DNA of 64,000 nt from Chlorokybus atmophyticus (GCA_009103225.1 RHPI01001010.1:1-64000); one strand, 5' to 3'. Numbered from the stretch's first letter, positions 49,661 to 62,921 are shown. Notes: generated by a model not told the origin, from the sequence alone. Translations and numbers: made by a program.

Positions 49661-50739
49661 AATGCTGTCCATAGAAGAACAAATCCTTACACACAGTGTC
49701 ACAGTGTCACACAGTGCTTACCTCGTTGCCAATCTTCTACTTGGTTAGGGAATGGTTGCTGACGGCCGAGGTTGCTACGTTACGGCCAAATGCGTTTGGG
49801 TTGGAGGGTCCAATTGACCCTCTGCAAGCACAACCATATGAATCATGCTGCCATCCATTAAAGATGCAACCCTCGCAGTTGGGCAAGAAGCAACGTGCAC
49901 AGTGTATCCAGAACGCATGCGGTCACTATGCCAGTCATGAAGCAAGCATCACAGTTTGAAGTTGAGCAAGAAGCAACGTGCACAGTGCATCAAGAACGCA
50001 TGCATTCTAGCTTGCCCATGCGACCGCGGTGTCATGTGAAGTTGTTATGATGGGCTGGGTTTAAGGTGAAGGTTTAAGCGCGGGGTCTTGCTGTGATTGG
50101 TTGGCCAAGAGTGGCTGCTGATGGTTGGCGACGGTTGCCTGATTGAACACTGGGGGCGATGTGGACTTGAGGCGCCGACCTCCACGACGAGGTGCACCTA
50201 AAGATGGACCACAAGGCATCTCTTTAACTGATAGTTGGGTGCCGCTTGCTTACCTAATGGTGGCGCTGCCGCATCCAACGCTACCGCCGCCAGTTTGCCC
50301 GCCCAAATGTATGAGGCGCGAAAACGAAAATGAAGCGATTTTGAACGTTTAGTGTCCCGCACTAAAGTCGCACTTGTAGTGCGTCCTTCTCTTCTATGGT
50401 TGATGGTACGACTTATGCATTCGTACCATCCATGCTTCGTACCACCAAGGGTAAAAGTGGCTTGGGCGTAACATGTATGGTACGACAGAGGCATCTCTCG
50501 TCCAACCCCAGCCATTTGCGTACAATGGCTCTGCCACACCATTCATAGTAAGACATAGGCATTGCTCGACCAGCCCTAATGAGAGTTAGCGTGCACTCAC
50601 CCAAACAGCTTCATTGATGGCCGGATGATGGCACAAAGGGGCGTCAGGTCGATAACGGGTCGAATGTCAAGCATAGTGGACTTGGGTTTGACTAAGAGGC
50701 GGAGGACCAGGAGTAGGGGGCGGCGGCGGCGGCGGCGGC

Positions 50740-53700
50740 TTGCGAGAAGTCGTAGCCGTAAGAGTTCAAGCAGCGAAGCTAGCTAATACCCGGCGCCATG
50801 TCATGGATCATGGCAGGCGTCAGCAATGGGGCTGTCCAACATGCATCACCAACATTGGACAAACCAGCAGCCAAGCCATCAAGGACCATCTTCACACATA
50901 TAGCTGCTTGGTGGCTCACTTTCTGCAACAAGAAGTGAATCAGGAGCTGCAGTTCTTGGAGCCCCTTGTAAAAACATGCGGGACCAATTGCGACTGTGGG
51001 AACAAGCACAAAGGAATGCAGAGGTACCCTCAACAATCACATGCATTTCCTTGCAAGAGCCATTGATTTTTTGGCGCAGTCCATGTGACACATGTAGCAT
51101 GGCTGCAAGCCTCCACTATTCATCCATACTCACCCCACAGTCAAGCAGACATTGCGGAAGTCAGAGCAGATGGACAGAGTTGGGTGGCGGTATGTTGTTG
51201 CCAATCTCGCTGTGCATGTTGACTGCATGCACCTCCAATGCATGCCTACTTTTGCATGCTAAGATGTGCGTGAGTGTGCAAAGTCGCGCGCGCGTGCCGA
51301 GCGCAGTAGGTTGGGTTTGAGCACAGAAGCGCGTGGCCATTCGTCGGGTAGTAAACCATTTGTGCATCAACCAGCAATGCCGCAGGCGACTGTTCGAAGC
51401 AACCATCTGATGATGGTGTGACGCAGTTAACGATTGCCATTGCAGTGTCGCAAGCATGCAGCTAACCCATATGTAATTGGTTGAAAGCACCACTGTGCAC
51501 GAGGTCCTGTTGGAGCTTATATGCAAGCCGGGATTCAATCCCATCAACTGGTCCTTCAATCCCACTTGCTAATGGGCGCGGCGGCAAAGCGGCATCAATT
51601 TAACATGCATGTTGGCCTGTTGAATCCCGACATATCCATTGCGGCAGTAGGGCATCCTGTGCCCATGGCTCACGAGCTCCATGACGAGTCTGCAATTGAG
51701 GGTGGCGGGGAGAGTGCACCCAATACCACCTTGTCAGCCCCCATGGCTGCCCATGCAGCCCACGGGCCATTGAGGTAAGTCGCTATCTTTTATGATTGTG
51801 CCTTGGTAACAATGCGTCAGGCACATGCAAGCTTATATTCATCTTTTGCAACATTGTGAGTCATCTTATCCTAGTTCCTATATACAGCCCCCCTTGCTGC
51901 ATGCACAAGTGGTCTCACCTGCCGCACCTGCTCCCCTCGCAGCCAGAGCGCATCCACCCTCCGCGGCACCAGTCCTTCATGCACTACTGTCTCCTCCACA
52001 AGCAGCACCGGTGATTGCGGGGCAACAATCCTTCTTGCCGCAACCGGCGAGACCACAGCACAATGCAACAACCGATGTAGCTTCTGGACCTACCTTACCC
52101 CACCTGCTGCAAGTTGAAGCCGGTAGTTTGCCCCAAGCTCGAGTACTTCATCAGTCACTGTGATTCTTGCCGTCGACAGTTGGACACATCATTTAAGTGT
52201 TGTATGCGCATGCAGCAGGGGTCACAACCTGCCAGCGAGTCATAAGACGAGCTGGCCGCAACCCGCGTACAACCATTAGTCATGCTAGGTGGCCAGCTCA
52301 CCTCATGGGACCCCTTCAATGCGCCAACGGATGGTAATTTATGCTTCTACCATTATGTGTTTTGCGCCAGGCCATAGCGCAGAGTGTCTTGGATGATCAC
52401 AAGCGCCCCAGCTCGAGCAAATTTTGGGCCATGCTAGACACTATGGACGACGACGGCAGGGGGGACACTCTCCGCAAAATCAACGCCCAGGCTGTCAATG
52501 CAGGCGTGGCGAGTAGTATCTTAGACTTCTGCAGAGCCACTGGTGCCGCGGGAGAGGTGGCATAGTATTACGACAAACTGCCTGCGACCATGTTGGCTAA
52601 TATCAATTGCAACATTAACATAGCCATGGCCAAGGTGCGATAGATCGTTCGGAGAAAAGATGTGTACGTGGAGCACCTGCAGATGACCATGTTTGCCAAC
52701 AAGCTGGGCTTGTTGATTGGCTGTGTGACCGTTCAGCGCGAGCATGGGGAGTGGGTGCCACGGCTCACAGCGCAGTTTGGGTTGGAATAAAGGAGCCCCC
52801 AACTCAGTGCTGGTGGTGGGAAACACTGCTCCTGATGAGCCGGAAGCACACTGTTGGCTCCTCAAGTTTGCAAGCACCGAACAATGGTCGTGGCCTATGC
52901 ATGAAGTGCCACCGGAGGTAACAGACCTGATCGAAGAGTGGCGGAATGGCGTTGCTAATACCCCGCTACCACCGGTTGCTCACCAGGGTGCTGCGCCGAA
53001 GCCTCAGGCCTCGCCTTCGTATGCTAGGCAAGAAGTAGCCGACTGCACATCCTGCCTCCCCTCAACCACAGCCACATGCTCGCAAGAACAATTCAGCACC
53101 CTCCCTTCCTGCCGCGAAGACTCACTTGCCACCGCACATTGACCATCTAAAGGCATCTCCATCAAGAAGCAGCGGTAGCTCGCCCTCTCCCTCTAAGCTT
53201 GCCACATTGATCCCAGCCTGTCTTGTTGGTAAAGAGATTGATCGAGGTGTCCTGAATGCTGCGCTGGAAGACAAAAGCTACATGCTCGACCTCATGAAGC
53301 AACATGAGATCGTGGAGAAACGGGAGGCAATGAAGAAGCGCAAGACTGTTGAGCGAGAAGATATCGCCTACCCTCCTCTGAGTGACACTGCGACGGAGAG
53401 CGCCTGCCAAGATGTGCAGGTTGACCCAACAAAAAGGATGAAGATTGTTGGAACAAGGGTCGCTGACAGGACTAAAAGTGCAAAGGTAAGGCATCGTTAC
53501 AATGTAGTTTGAAGAAGCACAGCGCCTTGAAGCCTCATTGGGGCTGATTGTGCGTTTTTAGTCGGCACAGGCGGGTTTACAGCGTAATGTGGCTGCTCAA
53601 AATCGTCCAGAGAGACAGCCGATGCGTCACGAGCTGCGTAAACTCGAAGCACCGACGCGCAGACGTTTTAAAGGGCTGACTCGTAGTGCAAAGGAGTTAA

Positions 53701-55500
53701 TCGCCCTACAATACGCCCAAGACGCGCTGCACCACCGCATGCGGCATGCTTTCAGGTGGGTGACGAAAGCATGCGATAAGTGGGAGCAAACGCGGAGAGT
53801 GCGGTCTAAACAGACCTCTGGGATTGGCCGTGGTTGGAACCTAAACACATGACATGGCCATCCGTAGTACATTGTTGCCCCTCGCCATCCTCGATATGAT
53901 GGTGTTGTTGCTGCCGCAGCAACTCGGCAATGTGCAAGAGCTATCCGCTGAGCATATACTCCAACCTGCTGCAACAGATGTACCTGTTGATGTCGACGGA
54001 TGCGGGTCGAGATGTGTGCCAGTACCTAAGCAAATATATTGGGTGGCAAGTAGAACCATTCAAGCTGTACTTGGCTTGCTTTGGCTGGCAGTGGCTGTAC
54101 GTCAAACGGCACGTCGAGCTGATTCTGTGGAAGCTCTACAAAGATAACGATGCGGGCGAGTACACGAGTGACGACAGCCATGTCGAGGGCCTAAATAAAC
54201 GCATGCTGGACGAGATCACCAAGATCAGCAGATGGTGTTGGGCGGCCTATAGGCGTCAGGTGATCAAGCAGGCAGTGGAGCGTTATGCTGCGCCATTTAG
54301 ATGGGAGTCGCTGCGCCTACAACGCGATAACAGAGTTTGGTGGCAAAGGCAGCTTGCACACTGGCATGCACCATGCGAGCTGAATTGTCGCATTGAAGAC
54401 CCCCCCTCCCCCCCCCACCCCCGGGAATGGGGAGACGCCCTGTTGCAAGCAAGCGATGTGCCATGTCTGCATCATATACCAGCAGAAGCACGTGGCAAAT
54501 AAATAAAAGAAGCTACAAGCGTGTCCCATGTGCAAGCAACCTCACCAGTTTGAGTCGCCACATCTGCTGCAAGACGCCAATGTGTCGGCAGTGATTTGGG
54601 CCCCGCCTTTATGACAATTGTGCACCGTAGTTTTGTGTTGAACACATGTGAACCGTGTAGGTACATGCATATGTTGCAGCATGGTGCATGGTGCACCCAA
54701 GATCTGCTGTCGTTAGAAGCATTGGCTGTACATGTGTATGAAGACTGCCCGGCGCATGAGTCAATGCATGGCTTGCATACCTTGCTAATCCAGAACGTGA
54801 TTGACAGCAACAAACTCGGACAGCTCTCTGGGTTCTATGGAACGACAGCGCAGTATCACTCTACGATTGTAGTATTAGGCAAGTATCCTTGTACTGTAGT
54901 ACCATTGATGAATGGAGTACCATTCATGTTAGTGTAGTACCATGCATGCTCTTGTAATACTGTCCATGGTACAGTCGTGCTTCACTTGAAGTGTGACTCA
55001 TTTAGGGTTCGTAAGCTAGCCACCCTAAATTGATGCCCATACCTTGAAGTCTCGCTCAGTTGTGGGCAGCCGTGCCGATTCACATCTTTCATAATGTCGG
55101 CGACAGCAAATAATTCCCTCGTCACCTAGGAGACCATGCTTAGTGTGCCCACAATGCAATGCGTACGTATGTGCCAATGGCCGTAGGCAGCAATCGCGAG
55201 CACACTTGACCGAATGCCAGCAAGTGCAGATGGTGTGCCACAATTTTAGTGCTGCTTGCTGGCATCACACCACACACAATGTCGACGTGTTTGGCTGCCG
55301 CCTCGGCAAAGTGCTGTGCAAAGGAACTCAAGTTTTTCCATTGCTTGCAGTGCGTGTGCGAATCGTGCTCGCGCTCATGCTTCGAGTGGCGAGGGAAACC
55401 CATGCGCTTCTTCACGTGGACAACACTGGGACATGTGATTAGTGGACAGGTGGTGGAAAATGTGGAGGTAATTCGGCAGAGTGGACAGCGACGTATCACT
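50740..55500 (+). pseudogene. Degraded multi-exon gene(s): zinc-finger-like, weak OTU-like and Cys-rich blocks
   Basis: CPTC..H.H..C near 50830; APTDGNLCFYH..LRQAIA near 52320; basic exons 53126-53850; Cys-rich block 55140-55400; many stops. Confidence 0.35.
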
Positions 55501-55559
55501 GCATGATATGTTGGCGTATGCTTATTTTATGCATGTTGAAGCTGTTGTCGCATTCATAG

Positions 55560-57340
55560 CGGTCTTCCACGGTGTGGGCGTGAGCAGTTCCACCCCCTGG
55601 CCGCTGTAGAGGGGGCAGACCATCTACCATTGAACAGCGCATTGCATCGGCTACGGAATGCAGCTAAGTTGGGATGCGAGCAACTGATCGCTGTGAGTGT
55701 CAAGGTGCATTGGCCGCTGGATGGGGAATGGTATGCGGGCGTTGCGGCATTCTCTAAGCAAGCGTCAGGTCAGCATCGCTTCTTGGCGTGCGAGATTGAG
55801 GACGCATCATTTATGCATGGTGCAATGGAAAATGGCTTTGCAGGGCAGCACTAGATAGTATCCGATGACAGTGATCGACCACAAACCATTAACTTTGAAG
55901 GGCACAACGTATTCGCATACACATCAGTTGACGGGGCACGCCGTATTTTGCGCCGGAGGGGAGAATGTCAGTAGCAAAGTAAGCTTGGGCGGCATTATTG
56001 TTAGTCTCTAGCCAGCACCACGGCCAGCTTTGACCACATACACGCTATTTGACAACAACTTAGACGCACACGCAGACCAAGGGCACTCGATCGATTCTGC
56101 GGCGGTGGCGTTGCAGGTGTCAGTCTATATCACGCATGCTTGTACGAGATCGGGATGGACGTAAGTCCCTCCTTTGAGTACCCGCTGCCCTTCATACACC
56201 GCAAGGTATGCACCGTGAGTGCAGGAGAATTAAGCGTGTAACGGGAAGGTATATCAAATTACCGCAAATTGACTATAAAAGCACCAAGTTTTTTATGGTC
56301 GAGTGGGCTGTGACATTGGTCATCGGAGCGTGACACTCGGGTTCGATTCCTGCCTTGCACACGAATTCCGCGGTCGTTGTTTCTCAATCCAGTAACATCG
56401 TAAATGGTCATAAGTGCCATCAGCGATGGGTCGCGACTTGCCTAATGGCAGTCGCGCCGGCGTTCAGTCGGCGCGGCAGAACGCGACCTGCCTGTCGCGA
56501 TGCTATCGGTGGGGCCGGCAGCGGTTTGCTATGCGCGCATTAACGGTATGGGCGTAAATTGGCCGGTCCTTGGGTGGTGGGGCCGGTGACCGACCCTAAT
56601 CAGACCCTTGGGATGATTCCCCAGCTGATGGGAGCCAGCTGCCGAGGACATCAGCGTTCTTAAGTGGGGGGGGAATGTAACGGGAAGGTACATTAAAACA
56701 CCACAAATCAACTATAAAAGCACCAAGTCTTTTATGGTCGAGTGGGCTGTGACAAAGCGAGTACGAGCTCATATGGGCCAGTCCACCATGCCAGGCCTAT
56801 TCAGATGCTATCCCGGCCTCAGCGGGCGGCACATTGCACATCTTGGACACCAGGATATGATACCACTCGTCCGACATCTGCTGCTTGCAAGCCAGGTCAA
56901 GTTTGTGATTGAGAATGTGCTAGGAGCAGCTTCCGCATTTAGACCCAATTTGTTTCTTTCTGGCATGATGTTTAGCCTATCAACCTTCCGACACCGTCTG
57001 CTTGAAATACTGCCAGTGGTAGCTACCCTATCAGCACACTGCTCCCATGCGGGCAAGGCGGTTGGACTGCTATGGCTGCACTTGTCCGCTGGCGCGAAGA
57101 AGACCATCGTGACATCAAATGCGCCGCAGCAAATGTACCCGGTCTATGGTCGTCCAAGCACGAGGGGCGACATTGCTGCATGGCAAACAATGCTAGGAGC
57201 GCTATGGATCATCATCCTCGACCGTTACCACAGCGAATGCAGTTCCTCCCGCAGTGGCGGAGTGCATAGGGCGTCTCATGCTTAGAACAATGGATATGCG
57301 CTATGACTACCCTCATGTGTCATGGAACTACAAGGCTTGA
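55560..57340 (+). pseudogene. Tudor-like domain plus phage-type C5 DNA methyltransferase, interrupted by a TRIM
   Basis: Same frame: VKVHWPLDGEWYAG (Tudor-like), then RPRALDRFCGGG (I, 56071), IGMD (II), YPLPF. After removing the TRIM the frame continues ELSEYELIWASPPCQAYS (IV). FVIENV (VI) follows a frameshift. Confidence 0.8.
56237..56754 (+). mobile_element. TRIM (miniature LTR retroelement, 518 bp)
   Basis: 79-bp LTRs TGTAAC..GTGACA at 56237-56315 and 56676-56754 (8 mismatches); 5-bp TSD AAGCG; iMet-like PBS TGGTCATCGGAGC; PPT AAGTGGGGGGGGAA. Confidence 0.92.
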
Positions 57341-57546
57341 GTGTGGTGCACTGTACTGAGGCTTAATGCCACACGGCTGACTGATTGTTGAATGTTGCAT
57401 TCAACATTTGATGAATGTGGTGACAGTTGTGCAGTGACAGCTGCCCGATATTGTACACATCCACATGCAAAAGTCTTAGCGTACGATTAGTAATGCCTAA
57501 CCAAGTAATATACTCCAAACTCAGAGTAGTGAGACAAGTACATGTG

Positions 57547-60500
57547 TCACATAGCAGTGTAGAAAACGTTCACCCAATATCTGCCCTCTTGTACACGGGC
57601 GCTGTCGTTGTCGAACATGGGGAGCAGCTGGACAATGCCTTTTACTTGCTCCAAAGTCACGACATCGAGATGTGGACCCCGACGCTTTTCCCATTTCAGA
57701 GCGATGCACTTTGTGTCGCTCGTCACATTTAGCTTCGTGTACCAGCGGACAAACACGACCTCTTTTCAAACGAGTTCGCCGCTGCCACCCCATGCGCAAA
57801 AATAGGAGCGCCTGAGCCCACCACGTCACGTTCACACCGTCCTCATCACCTTCCGACGCAAGTGTAGAGAGCCAAGGCCGCCCATAGAACATCCCAGTTG
57901 CGCGTGCCATGCTTACTTCTGATGTCATGTACACCGCTGCGCCTCCGTTCACCACGCGAACAGCACGCCACCCGTCGACCAACTACAGCTGTACCCTCCT
58001 TACCAGCTGTCCAGGGTGGCAGGCAGCTTGTCGGCGAATGGAGTCTTCAGGGCGACTTGGCGGCTTCACGCAGACGCGCTCCAGTACGGGCTGGACTCCC
58101 TCGTTGTCAGCACATCCATCCGTAGCAACTTGTCCGTCTTCTCCATTACATTACAACACTGCTGCCGCACCTGCACCATGACTGAGCATTTTGGGAGCCA
58201 CAACCATGCCATCGTCTCTTATATATCCGCACATATATCCGGACAGCTCCATGCCTTCCGGATATGCGCCTGGTAGTCCCAGTTGTTGCCACCACGCGCG
58301 CACTGTTCGATATTTTCGGCGTGCGCCTGCTCCATGCGGTTGGCGGTAAACCAATCTGGGTCCACTGCTGACAATTGCCGATCCAAAATGAGTGAGCTGA
58401 TGCATCTTCTTGATCTTCCAACCTGACTTCGGTACAGAATATGACGACAGTAGCGGATGCAACACTGCAGATTCAAAGGCAGCTAGCTCGTTGTCGGCTG
58501 TGGTCAGGATCTCTCTTGTATATTCATGCGCCTTGAGCAACCACTTGTTCCACTGGCCAAGAGATGCGGCAGCAACTGTGAAGAAATTGTTACCCTCATT
58601 GTCGAGCAACAAACCGTTTATAATCGATCGGCAGCAGCTGCAGCATCGCCACTTTCTCCACCACCTGAAAGGAGTGGTCGGACAAGAAGAAATCTACTGT
58701 GCTTATGGGAGCCTGAAAGTGTGAAACCCGTAGAGTCGCCTTGCATGCATTTGGCTTGTGCAAATCTACTTGTGAGCACGTGTCGTTGGCTTTTGTGTTC
58801 AACAAAAAAGCAACACACAAGACCTGCTTGGCCTGCAGATTGTGTCTCATGGATGGACGCATGCACTCCTTCGCAGCGTCATACACTGCTGCAAGCAGGT
58901 GGTTAATGATGCCTCCCAGCACATGCATTGCGTTAGGGGCAAGACGAGAGTATCAGTCAGTTCCCGGCACCCGCGACTGTCGCCAACCCCACAGTGCATT
59001 TTGTTGCCAAACCATTGCCCAGTTACACGGAAAGCCATTCATCTTCACAAATGCCGGTAATTTGACCATTACCTCCTCGACATGTATGTAGTGCTGCTCT
59101 TTGAAAGCCTGGGCTGTCTGGCGTGCATTCATAACACCGCTATGCAGGTCCACCCGCAGCTGTCGTATTGCTGGTGTGTAAAAAGCCTCGGTTCTTAATT
59201 ACCGGTCCTCATCCATCTCTAACAGATTTGATTTGGTGACGAGACAAATATCGCAAGGATGTCGTGTTTGGTTGCCCGACATAATGCGTGCGAGTGTGGC
59301 AATCTCGTACAACACGACAAACTCAGATGCTTCATAAACAACATCCTCCATGCACTGTTTGCCAGCAAGTCGCATCCGGTTACAACCATGCATGCTCATT
59401 ACGTGCAAGTCGTTGATGTAGTTGGCAAGCGCGGGAAACACACGACGCTCCATGCCATTCGGGTCGATGAGCTGGGAAGGTCTGCAGGGCTGCAGACCTT
59501 CCCAGCTCGCCCGCTTCACCTCCCCTAACATTACATTCAAAGCGTCATGGAAAACCTCACGTTTTTAAATTGAGAACAATCCCTTGCCATGCGCCCAAGT
59601 GGGATGCGCGGCTACGACGTGAACCACCGGCAGAAGCGCTATCATAGCAACCCCCATGTTGCTAGCATACATGTCCCAACCGTAGTTGGCAAGCGATGCC
59701 ATCAGAGGGTAGCCAGAGCGCTTGCCCACTCTGTCCAGCGTGGTGTTGTCACTGTACAGAATGGCAGGCGCCAAGTAGGTCGCTTCCCCCACCTCTCTCC
59801 TCAGATCCACCTCCACATCCTTCCACTAATCGCCGTGGAAGGATGGCCAAAGCTGTGCTTGTTACCGCAGTACTGGAGATTAAAGCCATTAGCGGCATGT
59901 GAATTGCCATACAACCGCGCGAGCCATACCTGATCCAACCAAGAGCATTAACAGGCATGCTGGTCTTAGATTAGATACTGCTTTAGATACTGCATTTCAC
60001 AGACCTTGGCCGGCATATATGTGATGCTGATGTCCAGATCCTCCGGATCTTTAGGCTTGCGCAGGTCAGCCGTCACGTAGTTCTGATACGGCAGCACACT
60101 CGCATGTGCATATGCGACATGGCTCTGATGGTTGAAGCACATGCACCGCACACCGTGAACACACCTCAGATTGAGAGAAAGCAATTGTGGTCCGGAGGTA
60201 GCTGGCCATATGCACACCGGTCTCCCACTGGAGCTCTTCACTCAGGAAGTGTGCATTTCGGATGCACTTGATGATCCGCCCCATGTTGGAGGCCGACAGA
60301 CCTTGGCCGTTGTTGCACTGCACGAATGCCACTGCAAGAGCATTCTCCGAGCCATACCACACGACGCGTGAAAATTGGACGCCCCCACTTCCATGTTGGC
60401 GTGCCACAGGTTTCTCATACACACGCACACATCAAAAACCCTTGTTCACTTCCTCCTCCTCCTGTTGCTGCTTTGCGTGTGTCTCCTCAAGGGGTTCTTC

Positions 60501-60680
60501 AGCATCAAGCATGTGCGCATCCTGGATCGAACTCCCCGGTTTAATATGATCCAAATTGTACTGTAATGAACGCTGGCCGACATATAGCTTGATTTGCTTG
60601 CACACCTTGCTGCTAACAATGTGCATGTAGACCGAGGTGCGTGTGGCGAAGCGCATGTGGCAATATAGACAAAGGACTCC
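57547..60680 (-). pseudogene. Plavaka-family transposase, copy 2 (decayed, but with native C-terminus)
   Basis: Colinear with 1323-4265 with the same intron positions. C-terminus FVRWYTKL..HLDVVTLEQVKGIVQLLP..YWVNVF. Confidence 0.85.
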
Positions 60681-61139
60681 TATAGCTCACTACTGACGTC
60701 GACACAGGTGTCGCCAATGTAACCTGCATCATCATATCCAGCTTCACGCGCCGCCGCCGCCGCCGCCGCAGCCGCCGCTACCCTTGCATGCCAGAGGCCG
60801 AAAACTTGGCCACCATTCACTGGCGTGACGGCTCTGTCGTACCATTATTATTGCACGATCGAGCCATTGCACGTCCAAGGTGGGGTGAGTTTGTATAAAT
60901 ATCCTAGTTGAATCGTTTCAATGGTACGAAAATGCCTTTGCCAAAAGGTACCATTGAAATGGTACCTTTGTACAGTGGCAATGGCAGTTTGTACCATTGA
61001 CAAGTGCTGGCAATGGCAGTCCCTGCGCATGAAAACACCATTAATGGCTCCGCCAAGCTATGCCCTTATAGGGCGGTGATGCCGAGGATATGCGGCGTTT
61101 GGTAGATCATTGGCGGCGCTGCCAGGGGCGTAGTGGGCG

Positions 61140-62012
61140 TTGTGGGCGAGGTCCGAGATGAAGCCCATGTTCGCACAGGGCGGGCAAGGTGCCGGCGGGG
61201 TGTCCTTGGTGTCAAACCCCATCATGCCTACCAAGGGCACAGCCAATGACAACAGTGACTTGGGCGATATCTTACAAGGCTCCCCCTTCGAGTGGGCAAA
61301 GGCACACCACAATACTGTCTAAGAACATCTAACCCACCAGCAGCTGTACCCATGGCGACACGATTGAAGGGACAAAACAACATTGGCATAACCAAGGTGG
61401 GTTACGATGCACTGTCAATGCCACATGCTAGGGTTCTTTTATCTTGCACATGCACAGCCTCAAGTATCTTGCACATGACATTCACTGTCAATACCACATG
61501 CACACCCTCATGCACAGCCTCCAGTGTCATGCACATGAACAGAATGACCAATCTCGCAAATGCACAGCCTATTTCTACTTGCGGGAGCTCACAAGTCGCA
61601 AAAGAGAAGCTGCGGAGTACCATAAATGGGTAATCCATGATCCAGTTTAATGTTTCCAGCGGCAATTAAACAGTATGCTTGTAAATTGCCATGTTGGTCA
61701 GAGAACCAAGAGCAGCGCGGTAGGCTGACTGTCTGCCTGGCGGAGTGCAACAAAGACAAGGTAAGCATGTGTATGCTGATGGGCTAGTCCTCTGGCAGCA
61801 CGCCACTCTTATAGCATTACCAAATGCAGGTGGTCAGCTTTAAAGCGACCATCAAGCGCATGCGCGTGCACGACGAGGTGCCGACATTCAAGCTGAAGGA
61901 CAAAGTAGCCGCTGTATTGTCAGCGAGCGAGGCAGCATATGAAGATGACTCCGATGTTGAAGCAGAAGACTTGTCGGAGGAGGAACATGAGGAGGGGGTT
62001 GAGGAGTTTTGA
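61140..62012 (+). pseudogene. Accessory acidic-tail gene, copy 2
   Basis: Homologous to 4763-5636. Confidence 0.4.
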
Positions 62013-62552
62013 GGCAGGCACCACGGGTCGACAAGCTGCGCATGAGTGCGCCAACTAGACTCAATGTTGTAGGTAGTTTTATGCGCAAGTCGGCTGCTCA
62101 GTCGCAAGTGGACATACTCTCACCATTGCCGGTACGTTGCATTGTGGGCTTATAGTTACGTGACCAAACAATTAGTCGCAGGTTTGTGCAAGCTGCATGG
62201 CATGTTGATGTTGGCTTACGGCAAGTCTTATTAACTTTTGTTAAACGGTAAGGGTCATGTATTAACAGCAGTGTAACAGTAAGAAAACTGCCGGCTATTG
62301 CTGTCAGCTATCCGCGACTACCAGTTAACGGCGGTCTGTGCACATTGAGCAAAGGGTAATTGGTTGACAGCTCTCGGCCGGTCAGTGCCACTGACTACCA
62401 CTTTCAGCCCGCGGCCGTCTGCGTTAGTCCACATAAGCCAACGGCAAACCCAACAAAAGTAACATTTTTGGCACCGGCAGGCAGGCTCAGGGAGGCTCAG
62501 GCACCCGTCAGTCCCTCAGTCCTTAATCAGTCACCATGTTAAATTTGAGACG

Positions 62553-62921
62553 GTTATTTACCATTACTTCGACCTGTTGGCAAAAGTGGTGAAAGAGTTG
62601 AAAGTAGTCAAGAGCGCATCCTTTCTGCTGACGAGGTTGAAGTTCAACCAGATACCACCATGCAAAGAGTCATATATGAGAGGTAAGTGTGTTAGCTGAG
62701 TTGCAATACAGTGTTGCACTTTGCAGAGTTCACAGTGCTGTACACTAACTGTATGCATATTATGCAGTGGTGCACGCTGGGCTCAAGCAGCAACAACAGG
62801 AAGCCATGAGCACTTTACCATTATGGCAGCAGTGTCGGGAGCTGGTTACACCTTCCCTCCCTTGATTATCGTGAAGGGCAAGCGCATGACACAAGACAAC
62901 AAAGAGGGAGAAAGCATCTGA
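62553..62921 (+). pseudogene. pogo-like transposase, continuation into the DDE domain
   Basis: IYHYFDLL..ERILSADE..; intron; GSHEHFTIMAAVSGAGYTFPPLIIVKGK; truncated afterwards. Confidence 0.8.

Larger units (their letters stand above)
44458..62552. mobile_element. Giant (18,095 bp) Plavaka/CMC-type DNA transposon with cargo genes
   Basis: GT duplicated at 44456-57 and 62553-54. Removal restores pogo codons AAT CGG GAT GTT ATT TAC CAT TAC TTC GAC (NRDVIYHYFD). Ends CGGCGCAAAA / CGTCTCAAAT (copy 1 end: CGTCGCAAAT). Contains a Plavaka transposase. Confidence 0.8.

Noticed and set aside
56330-56360. tRNA gene
   Set aside because: Only a T-loop/B-box motif; no cloverleaf or A box recognised.
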